Shown piece after piece: positions 42,234 to 50,099 of a stretch of DNA of 64,000 nucleotides. The stretch comes from Polyangiales bacterium. Lineage in GTDB: Bacteria; Myxococcota_A; Polyangia; Polyangiales; JADJQN01. The number at the start of each line of letters is the position of its first letter. Within the stretch, counting starts at the first letter, position 1. Position numbers and translations under genes: made by a program. The notes below the pieces were generated by a model that saw only the letters and a program-made list of their open reading frames with translations, made no database searches and was not told the origin of the DNA. The stretch is taken from contig CAXNJO010000004.1 of NCBI GenBank assembly GCA_964202905.1, positions 1-64,000 on the forward strand, given 5' to 3'.

Positions 42234-42486
42234 TCAGGTGGACTTCTGCATGTCGAGGAGGCGCTGCTCCGCGATGAACTCCACCACGGCGTCGCGCACA
42301 GGGACGGCCGTAGTAGACCTTCTTCGCTGCGATCTCCCGGAGCGCGGTGATCGCCGCGCGGTTCTTGCTTTGCACGAGGGCCGGCGCGCCCTTCATCAGC
42401 TGGCGCGTGCGCTGCGAAGCGAGGATGCAGAGGGCGAAGCGGTTCTCCTCGTGCTCGAGGCAGTCTTCGACGGTGACGCGGGCCAT
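42234..42486 (-). CDS. rpoZ: RNA polymerase omega subunit, with an apparent +1 frameshift near 42301-42303
   Basis: MARVTVEDCL..NRFAL...ASQRTRQL...ALREIA. The span is 253 nt; removing one base gives a clean 83-aa protein ending PVRDAVVEFIAEQRLLDMQKST. Confidence 0.88.
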
Positions 42487-42725
42487 GATGAAGCGCTCCT
42501 TGGAACTCGGCCGGGCGCGGGCCCGGCGGGAATCGACGCGGCACGAAGGGAGCCGGCGGGGGCCGTCTCGCCCCTCCACGCGGGGAGGCCGAACCTAGCA
42601 GCGGCCCCTCGCTCCTGCAACGGAGAAGGACTCTCGGGCGCGCCTTCCCACCGCGGCGCGCGCGTTCTGCGGGCTTTACTTCGACGCCGCGGGTCGTCTA
42701 GATTGTCCCTCCACCGAGGCCATCC

Positions 42726-44375
42726 ATGCCGGCGCGCATCACCATCATCGGACCCGAGGGGCGGCACGAAGCCGAACTCAAGCCGCACAACACCCTCGGG
42801 CGGCATCCCAACAACACGATCCAACTCCTCGACCGAATCGTGTCGAAGGAGCACCTCCACATCAGCCTGATCAACGGCGCGTGGGTCGTGAAGGACCTCG
42901 GCTCGCTCAACGGCACCTGCGTGAACGGCGAGCGCATGACCGTCGACCGGCCGCTCAACAACGCCGACGAGATCACCCTCGGGTCGACGCGCATCATCTT
43001 TCAGAGCGACACGACAGCGGTCCCCGGCGGGCACCAAGGCGAGAGCGCGAAATCGATGTCGCGCGTGACCATGACGCCCGGGATGGTCGAGTCGCACATC
43101 CGCACGAAGCTCGCGCCGCTGCAGGACATCAGCTTCATGCCCGAGCGGCTCGTCACGGACGTCGAGGCGCTGCGCCGCGACTACGAGAAGCTGCGCGTGA
43201 GTTACGAGCTGCAGCGCGCGATCGGCGTCGAGCTCGACGTCGACAAGCTGCTCGCGAAGATCCTCGACACCGCATTCCAGTTGCTCGCCGCCGATCGCGG
43301 CGTCGTCTTGCTCGTCGAGGACGACGGCTCGCTCCGGCCGCGCTGCGTCCGCACCAAGCGTGCCGGGGCGGCGACGAGCGAGGAGGTCGTCCTCTCGACG
43401 ACGATCCTCGAGTCGGTGCGCCGCGACAAGGCGGCGGTGCTCTCGTCGGACGCGTCGATGGACTCTCGCTTCTCGGGGGCGCACTCGATCATCATGCAGG
43501 GCATCCGGTCGACGATGGCCGTGCCGTTGTTGCAGTCGGGAGAGCTCTTCGGGATCATGGTGCTCGACTCGCAGATCGCGACGAACGCCTTCACGGAGAA
43601 GGACCTCCAGCTCTTCCAGAACGTCGCGAATCAGGCCGCGATCGCCATCCAGAACGGCCTCTTCGCGAAGAAGCTCGAGAAGGAAGCCGTCACGCGCGAG
43701 CGCTTCCAGCGTCTGCTTTCGCCCGCCATCGCCGACCAGGTGTTGAGCGGCCGCGTCGAGATCGCGAAGGGCGGCGAGCTTCGCGACACGACGGTGCTGT
43801 TCACCGACATCCGTGGCTTCACCAGCATGAGCGAGTCCGCGCGCCCGCAGGACATCGTCAACATGCTCAACGAGTACTTCGAGCAGATGGTCGAGATCGT
43901 CTTCAAATACGAAGGCACGCTCGACAAGTTCGTCGGCGACGAAATCATGGCGCTCTACGGCTCGCCGGTCGCCCACGCCGACGACGCGTACCGGGCCGTG
44001 AAGACGGCGCTGGAGATGTTGCGCGTGCTCGCCGAGTGGAACCGCAAGCGCGTGTCCGAGGGTGAGATCCCCATCCACATCGGCGTCGGCATCAATTGCG
44101 GTGAGGTCGTCGCGGGCTACCTCGGCAGCAGCCGCGCGCTCGAGTACACGGTCATCGGCGATGTCGTGAACACCGGGGCGCGCCTCTGCTCGGTGGCGAA
44201 GGCGGGTGAGATCGTCGTGAGCGAGTTCGTGTACGCCCGCGTGAAGGACCACTTTGAGGCGATCGAGCTCCCCGCCGCGCAGGTGAAGGGCAAGTCCGCC
44301 GCGCTCAAGATCTACAAGGTCGTCGGCGAGAGGCACTCGGGCTCCTACGCGCACGAGCACACGCGTCCGGCCTGA
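42726..44375 (+). CDS. FHA-GAF-class III adenylate/guanylate cyclase
   Basis: FHA (LGRH, VSKEH, DLGSLNGT), GAF (IRSTMAVPL, FTEKDL), cyclase (VLFTDIRGFT, DKFVGDEIM, YTVIGDVVNTGARL). K in DKF and T in YTV suggest ATP as substrate. Confidence 0.92.
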   Translation: MPARITIIGPEGRHEAELKPHNTLGRHPNNTIQLLDRIVSKEHLHISLINGAWVVKDLGSLNGTCVNGERMTVDRPLNNADEITLGSTRIIFQSDTTAVPGGHQGESAKSMSRVTMTPGMVESHIRTKLAPLQDISFMPERLVTDVEALRRDYEKLRVSYELQRAIGVELDVDKLLAKILDTAFQLLAADRGVVLLVEDDGSLRPRCVRTKRAGAATSEEVVLSTTILESVRRDKAAVLSSDASMDSRFSGAHSIIMQGIRSTMAVPLLQSGELFGIMVLDSQIATNAFTEKDLQLFQNVANQAAIAIQNGLFAKKLEKEAVTRERFQRLLSPAIADQVLSGRVEIAKGGELRDTTVLFTDIRGFTSMSESARPQDIVNMLNEYFEQMVEIVFKYEGTLDKFVGDEIMALYGSPVAHADDAYRAVKTALEMLRVLAEWNRKRVSEGEIPIHIGVGINCGEVVAGYLGSSRALEYTVIGDVVNTGARLCSVAKAGEIVVSEFVYARVKDHFEAIELPAAQVKGKSAALKIYKVVGERHSGSYAHEHTRPA

Positions 44376-44391
44376 GGCATACCCCGCGCGC

Positions 44392-45351
44392 ATGGCCCAC
44401 CTCGAGTTCGAGAGACCGCTCGTGGAGCTCGAGCAGCGTATCCGCGCGCTGCGTCAGGCAGCGGAGGCGCGCGCGGACGGCTCCGAAGGCGTGTCCGAGG
44501 CCGAGTTGAAGCGCCTCGAGGAGCGCGCGGAGAAGCTCAGCACGGAAATCTACGGCGACCTCGACACCTGGCAGAAGGTGTTGCTCTCGAGGCACCCGGA
44601 TCGCCCTTATTTCCTCGACTATCTCGAGCGGATTTTCGAGGATTTCGTCGAACTGCATGGCGACCGTGGCTTCGCGGACGACGCGGCGATCGTGGCGGGT
44701 TTCGCGCGCTTCGAGGGGCGAAGCGTGGCGGTGATCGGCCAGCAGAAGGGCCGCACGACGAAGGAGAAGGTCCGGCGAAACTTCGGCATGCCCAACCCTG
44801 AGGGCTACCGGAAGGCGATGCGCGTGATGGCGCTCGCGGACCGCTTCCGGCGGCCAGTGCTGACGTTCATCGACACACCCGGCGCGTATCCGGGCGTCGG
44901 CGCGGAGGAGCGCGGGCAGAGCGAGGCGATCGGGCAATCCTTGCTCACGATGTCGCGGCTGCGCGTCCCGGTGATCGCGACGGTGCTCGGCGAGGGCGGG
45001 TCGGGCGGCGCCCTCGCGCTCGGCGTCGCGAACCGTGTGTTCATGATGCAATACGCGACGTACTCGGTGATCACGCCCGAGGGCTGCGCATCGATCTTGT
45101 GGCGGGACGGGGCCCGTGCGCCCGAGGCCGCGCGCGCGCTCCGCATGCTCGCGACGGACGCGCAGCTCCTCGGTGCGGTCGATGGCGTGATCCCGGAGCC
45201 GCGGGGCGGCGCGCACCGCGATCCGGAGGCCGCCGCGCGTGGCTTGCGCGACATGTTGAGGCGGTCGCTCGCGGCGCTCGAAGGGCTCTCGCCCGCGGGA
45301 CTCGTGGACGCGCGCTACGCCAAGTTCCGCGGGCTCGGTGTGCTCGGCTGA
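44392..45351 (+). CDS. accA: Acetyl-CoA carboxylase carboxyltransferase alpha subunit
   Basis: ELHGDR, RNFGMPNPEGYRKA, DTPGAYPG, GEGGSGGALA, YSVITPEGCASILW. Confidence 0.97.
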   Translation: MAHLEFERPLVELEQRIRALRQAAEARADGSEGVSEAELKRLEERAEKLSTEIYGDLDTWQKVLLSRHPDRPYFLDYLERIFEDFVELHGDRGFADDAAIVAGFARFEGRSVAVIGQQKGRTTKEKVRRNFGMPNPEGYRKAMRVMALADRFRRPVLTFIDTPGAYPGVGAEERGQSEAIGQSLLTMSRLRVPVIATVLGEGGSGGALALGVANRVFMMQYATYSVITPEGCASILWRDGARAPEAARALRMLATDAQLLGAVDGVIPEPRGGAHRDPEAAARGLRDMLRRSLAALEGLSPAGLVDARYAKFRGLGVLG

Positions 45352-45385
45352 GGTGGCGCGCCGTGCCCCGTGTGCCGGCGATTTG

Positions 45386-45415
45386 TTGACCCGCCGCGAG
45401 CAGGATTCGTACGAT
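45386..45415 (+). promoter_or_regulatory. Putative sigma70-type promoter, leaderless spacing
   Basis: TTGACC-18 nt-TACGAT, 6 nt before GTG 45422. Confidence 0.55.
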
Positions 45416-45421
45416 CTCGAT

Positions 45422-46408
45422 GTGCGCAGGTCCCTTCTCCACGTCGCCGTGCTGCTCGCGCTCGCCGGTGCTCCGCTGGTCATCGGTTGCGGGGCGGCCG
45501 CACGTCCGCTGGCTCCCGCGTCGTCCGCGTCGTCCGCGCGTGTGGAAGGCCCGAGCGTCCGCGAGCGTGAGTTGGAGGGGCGCCTCGCCCTCGCGGAGGC
45601 GGAGGTGCTTGAGCTGCGGGATCGGCAGCGTCTCGCGGACGCGGAGTCGCGCCGCAGGACGGTGCGCATCGGGCGGGCGCGGACGGGACTCGCGGAGGAG
45701 GCCACCGGTGCGCCCAGCGCGGACGTCGTGCTTCCCGAGGAAGACGGCGGCGCGGCGACACCGACCGAGGGACCTCGTCCGGTGCTCGAGCTCGTCGGCC
45801 AGCCGCAGGTCCGCGCCGTGACGCTTCCCGCGGCTGAGCCCCTTGCGTTGCCGCCGCCGCCGCCCGGCGTCGAGGACCGCCTCCCCATTCTTCCGATCGA
45901 GGGGGCGGATGCGCCCGGGCGCTATGCGCGCCAACTCGCCGCGCGCGTCGCTGCGACGCCCTCCTCGCGCTTGCCGGCCGTGCCCGTCGAAGGGCTCCCT
46001 GCCGGCGCGCCGACTGCACCCGCGTCTGCGCGGACGGAGGACGTGGCCGTGGCCGAGTATCGCGAGGCGCTCGAGCTCGTGCACGCGCGACAGCTCGAGC
46101 GCGCGCTCGCCGCGCTCAGCGTCTTCATCGCGCGGCACCCGGGGCACTCGCACGCGCACGGGGCGCGCTACTGGCGCGCCGAGGTGCGGTATGCCCAGCG
46201 CGAATACGCGCTCGCGCTCGCTGGGTTCGAGGAGCTGCTCCGCCTCTCGCCCGCCCACGCGCGCGCCGCGGATGCCCTGCTCAAGATCGGTCTCTGTCAT
46301 CAGCGCATGGGCGACCTCGCGCGGGCCCATCTCGTATTCCAGCGCGTTCAGCGCCAGTTCCCAGACACCGCAGCCGCGCGCTCAGCGTCGCGTCAGGACG
46401 CGTCATGA
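45422..46408 (+). CDS. CpoB/YbgF-like TPR lipoprotein
   Basis: Lipobox-like VIG-C, short coiled coil, C-terminal TPRs (ARYWRAE, AADALLKIG, QFPDTAAA). Confidence 0.72.
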   Translation: MRRSLLHVAVLLALAGAPLVIGCGAAARPLAPASSASSARVEGPSVRERELEGRLALAEAEVLELRDRQRLADAESRRRTVRIGRARTGLAEEATGAPSADVVLPEEDGGAATPTEGPRPVLELVGQPQVRAVTLPAAEPLALPPPPPGVEDRLPILPIEGADAPGRYARQLAARVAATPSSRLPAVPVEGLPAGAPTAPASARTEDVAVAEYREALELVHARQLERALAALSVFIARHPGHSHAHGARYWRAEVRYAQREYALALAGFEELLRLSPAHARAADALLKIGLCHQRMGDLARAHLVFQRVQRQFPDTAAARSASRQDAS

Positions 46409-47550
46409 AAGTCTCTCGCACACTCCTCGCCGTCATCCTCGGGCTCGCGGGCGCGCCGCTCTTCACCGCCATCTCACCGCCGGTGCATGCGCAGGACGAA
46501 GGCTTCGAAGGCAGCTCCTTCGACGGGTCCAACGTCGCAGACGACGAGGACGCCACGGCGCGCCCGTCCGGTCCGCGCGGCGAGGTCCCCGCGCGCTACG
46601 TCGTGCGTCGGGGCGACACCTTGTGGGACGTCACGGGGCGCTTCTTCGGCGACCCGTTCCTCTGGCCGCGCGTCTGGTCTTACAACCCGGAGATCACGAA
46701 CCCCCACTGGATCTACCCGGAAGGCGCGTTGCGCCTGCTGCCGGCCGCGGGCACCCCGCAGGCCGCGGCCGCCGCGGCGGCGATGCCCCGACGTTCGCCG
46801 CATGTGCGGATCGGACGCGCGTCGCAGGGCGGTGTGTTCCTCCGCGAGGAGGGCTTTCTCGACCGCGAGGCGCTCAGCGAGTCGGGGGAGATCGTCGGTT
46901 CGCCGGCCGATCACATGCTGCTCAGCACGTACGACGAGGCCTACGTACAATTCGACGCCGATCAGGACGAGCGCGTCGCGCCGGGCCAAGAGTGGACCAT
47001 CTTCACCGAGGCATCCGGCGCGGATGCCCCCGATGAGGCCGCCGGCACGCTCGTGCGCATCTACGGCGCGGTCCGCGTCGAGACCTACGACCGCGAGCGG
47101 CACACGGCGCGCGCGACGATCATCGAGGCGCTCGAGCCGATCGAGCGCGGCCACCGCATCGCGGCGATGCCGCGTCGCTTCGACGACGTGCCTGCGCGCC
47201 GGAACGAGCGGGACTTGCGGGCACGGATCATCGCCTCGATGCGCCCGCGCACGCTCCTCGGCGAGCAGCAGGTGATCTTCCTCGACGTTGGTTCCGAGCA
47301 GGGTGTGCGCGAGGGAAACCGACTCTTCGTCGTCCGGCAGGGCGACACGTGGCGCGAGGACATCGGGAGCGGTGCGCTCGAGCCGGGCTCGACGGCCGAG
47401 GTGCGGCGCACGCCTGGCGAGTACCCTGAGGAAATCGTGGCCGAGGTGCGGATCGTCCACGTTCGCCCCAAGACCTGCACGGCCATCGTGACCGCATCGA
47501 CGCGCGAACTGGCGATCGGCGATCGCGCCGAAATGCGCCGCGGCTACTGA
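46405..47550 (+). CDS. LysM peptidoglycan-binding protein
   Basis: Signal peptide; YVVRRGDTLWDV...PFLWPRVWSYNPEITNPHWIYP. Confidence 0.88.
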   Translation: MKVSRTLLAVILGLAGAPLFTAISPPVHAQDEGFEGSSFDGSNVADDEDATARPSGPRGEVPARYVVRRGDTLWDVTGRFFGDPFLWPRVWSYNPEITNPHWIYPEGALRLLPAAGTPQAAAAAAAMPRRSPHVRIGRASQGGVFLREEGFLDREALSESGEIVGSPADHMLLSTYDEAYVQFDADQDERVAPGQEWTIFTEASGADAPDEAAGTLVRIYGAVRVETYDRERHTARATIIEALEPIERGHRIAAMPRRFDDVPARRNERDLRARIIASMRPRTLLGEQQVIFLDVGSEQGVREGNRLFVVRQGDTWREDIGSGALEPGSTAEVRRTPGEYPEEIVAEVRIVHVRPKTCTAIVTASTRELAIGDRAEMRRGY

Positions 47551-47607
47551 CGCACGTCGCGTGCGCGCCGTTGCCCGCCTCGCGCCGAGCGTGCGAGAGT
47601 GGGCGCG

Positions 47608-49665
47608 ATGTCCGGATCGGAGCCGCTGACCGTCGAGGGCGAGGCCGCGCTGCGGGCCGAGCTGGCGCGTGAGCACGCGAAACTGCGTGCCTTGCAGGAG
47701 ATCGGCACGGCTCTGAGCACGACGTTCGACCTGAGCCAGTTGCTCACGATGGTGCTCGGCAAAGTCTCCGAGGTCATGGACGCGGAGCGCTCGACCCTCT
47801 ACCTCCTCGACGAGGACACGGGCGAGCTCTGGTCGAAGGTCGCCCAGGGGACGATCGAGACGGAGATCCGGCTGAAGGTCGGCGAAGGGCTCACCGGTTG
47901 GGTCGCGCGCGCGGGGCGGCCGCTGAACATCAAGGACGCGTACCTCGATCCGCGTTTCGACGGCGACTGGGATCGGCGCACCGGCTACCGCACGCGCTCG
48001 ACGCTGTGCGTGCCGATGAAGAACCACCACGGACGCACGATCGGTGTCGTGCAGGTCCTCAACAAGCGCGACGGCGGCTATTTCAGCGTCGAGGACGAGG
48101 CGCTCCTGCTCTCGCTCGCCTCGCAGGCCGCCGTCTCGATCGAGAACAGCAAGCTCTTCCTCTCCTATTACGCGAAGAACGTGGAACTCGCGGAGGCGAA
48201 ATCGCAACTCGAGCGCAAGGTGCGCGAGCTCGACGTCGTCTTCGAAATTGCGCAGGTCGCCGCGAGCGCGATGCGCCTCGAAGACCTGCTCGAGGGCGTG
48301 CTCGCGCGGACGATCCGCGCGATCGGCGCCGAGGCCGGCAGCATTCTGATCGCGGATGAACAGAGCGGCGACCTCCGCTTCCGTGCAGCCATCGGCGGCG
48401 AGCCCGACGCGGTCAAGCGCCTGAAGATCAAGGCGGGGCAGGGGATCAGCGGTTGGGTCGCGCGTCACGGCGAGCCGCAGATCGTGAACGACGTCGACGA
48501 AGACGGACGGCACTCCGTCGAGATCGCCGACCGCGTTGGCTATCACCCGCGTTCCGTGCTGTGCGTGCCGCTCCGCTGGAAGGACGGCGTCGGCGCGCTC
48601 GAGCTGCTCAACAAGGGCAACGGGCGCCTCGCCTTCGACGACGACGACGTGAAGTTTGCGAGCGTCATCGCGGGGCACGTCTCGAACGCGATCGCCTTCG
48701 CGCGATTTCGTGAGCTGCGTGAGCGCGAGGAGCGGCTCTCCACGATCGGCCAGCTCCTCTCGAGCGTGCTCCACGACCTGAAGACGCCGATGACCGTCGT
48801 GCAGGGCTACGCGCAGCTCCTCGTGAGCGAGCGCGACCAGGAGGTGCGGCAGAGCTACGGCGACGCGGTGCTGCGTCAGGTGCGCTTCGTGAACGCGATG
48901 ACGCGCGAAATCCTCGCGTTCGCGCGCGGGGAGCGCACGGTGCTCGTCGGCAAGGTGTACCTGCACAAGTTCTTCGGCGAGGTGCAGGAGCAACTCGATC
49001 GCGAGTTCCGCGATCGCGGCGTGAACGTTCGGCTCGAGTTGAACGACCGCGGTGTCGCGCACTTCGACCAGCAGAAGATCGAGCGCGCGCTGCACAACCT
49101 CGCCCGCAACGCAGCCGAGGCGCTCGGCCAGGCGGGGGGCAACGTCGTCATCGGCGTCGATCGGCGCTCGGCGTCGGAGGCCGGTGGAGAGGCGATCCTC
49201 GTCACCGTCATGGACGATGGTCCCGGGATCTCCGACGAGATCCGCGAGCGCCTCTTCGAGAGTTTCACGACACACGGCAAAAAAGGAGGCACGGGCCTCG
49301 GTCTCGCCATCGTGCGCAAGGTCGTCGAGGACCACGGCGGGCGCGTCACCGTCGAGAGCGAACCCGGCCGCACGGTCTTCACGCTCGAACTACCCGAGCC
49401 GCGCGTCGACACGCTCTCGCAGCCGGCCGCACGGAAGTCGACGCCCCCCGCGGCGCTCTCCGCACGTGCACGACAGTCTACGCCGCCCCCATCCTCGGCG
49501 CGGCGGACCCTGCCGCCGCCTGCCCTGCCGCCGCCTACGCTCGCCCCGCCTGCGCTGCCGCCGCCTACGCTGGCTTCGCCTACGCTGGCCCCGCGCGGAA
49601 CCGAGGCCGCCTCGACCGGCGCCCCGGAGGCCGATGCCGCCACGGCGGCGCCGCGGCGCCCCTGA
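47608..49665 (+). CDS. Cytoplasmic GAF-GAF sensor histidine kinase
   Basis: Two GAF domains (TGYRTRSTLCVPM...VLNK; SVLCVPL...LLNK), H-box HDLKTPM, N box NLARNA, DDGPG, GTGLGL; Pro-rich tail. Confidence 0.92.
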   Translation: MSGSEPLTVEGEAALRAELAREHAKLRALQEIGTALSTTFDLSQLLTMVLGKVSEVMDAERSTLYLLDEDTGELWSKVAQGTIETEIRLKVGEGLTGWVARAGRPLNIKDAYLDPRFDGDWDRRTGYRTRSTLCVPMKNHHGRTIGVVQVLNKRDGGYFSVEDEALLLSLASQAAVSIENSKLFLSYYAKNVELAEAKSQLERKVRELDVVFEIAQVAASAMRLEDLLEGVLARTIRAIGAEAGSILIADEQSGDLRFRAAIGGEPDAVKRLKIKAGQGISGWVARHGEPQIVNDVDEDGRHSVEIADRVGYHPRSVLCVPLRWKDGVGALELLNKGNGRLAFDDDDVKFASVIAGHVSNAIAFARFRELREREERLSTIGQLLSSVLHDLKTPMTVVQGYAQLLVSERDQEVRQSYGDAVLRQVRFVNAMTREILAFARGERTVLVGKVYLHKFFGEVQEQLDREFRDRGVNVRLELNDRGVAHFDQQKIERALHNLARNAAEALGQAGGNVVIGVDRRSASEAGGEAILVTVMDDGPGISDEIRERLFESFTTHGKKGGTGLGLAIVRKVVEDHGGRVTVESEPGRTVFTLELPEPRVDTLSQPAARKSTPPAALSARARQSTPPPSSARRTLPPPALPPPTLAPPALPPPTLASPTLAPRGTEAASTGAPEADAATAAPRRP
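49510..49584 (+). repeat. Five degenerate 15-bp tandem units encoding the Pro-rich kinase tail
   Basis: CTGCCGCCGCCT(GCC/ACG)-type units encoding LPPPA LPPPT LAPPA LPPPT LASPT. Confidence 0.7.
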
Positions 49666-49678
49666 GCGGCCCGCGGGT

Positions 49679-50041
49679 TCAGCCGAAGTCGCGCTCCTGA
49701 CGCTCCTGATCCTCTTTGCAGCGGATGCAGAGCGTGGTCTCTGGGCGCGCCTCGAGGCGCTTGACGGAGATCTCCTCGTCGCAGGACTCACAAGTCCCGA
49801 AGGAGTCGTCCTCGATCTTCTTGAGGGCGCGATCGATCTTGTCGAGGAACGTCTTCTCGCGGCCGCGGAGGCGGAATGTGAACGACTGGATGTACTCGCT
49901 CGAGGCGAGGTCCATCTCGTCGGGGAGATCGTTCGAGTCGAGGGTCATGTCCTCGGCGATCGTCTGCTGCGCGTTCTTGATCAACGCGTCGCGCTTCTCT
50001 TCGAGGAGCTTCTTGAACCGCTTGAGTTCGGCTTTTTTCAT
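49679..50041 (-). CDS. dksA: DksA/TraR C4-type zinc-finger protein
   Basis: DEMDLAS coiled-coil tip, IDRALKKI, CESC...RLEARP..LCIRC. Confidence 0.9.
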   Translation of the reverse strand: MKKAELKRFKKLLEEKRDALIKNAQQTIAEDMTLDSNDLPDEMDLASSEYIQSFTFRLRGREKTFLDKIDRALKKIEDDSFGTCESCDEEISVKRLEARPETTLCIRCKEDQERQERDFG

Positions 50042-50071
50042 CCCTCAACCCCTTGGCGTAAAGAGCGTAGG

Positions 50072-50099
50072 AGAATAGTTCCCGGCTCGTGGCCGTCAA
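50072..50099 (-). promoter_or_regulatory. Putative sigma70-type promoter of dksA
   Basis: Minus strand TTGACG-16 nt-TATTCT. Confidence 0.5.

Noticed and set aside
46474..49335. 953-aa minus-strand ORF (likewise 58210..61530, 50366..52918, 15870..18542, 38506..40458)
   Set aside because: Shadow frames opposite well-supported genes, with no motifs.
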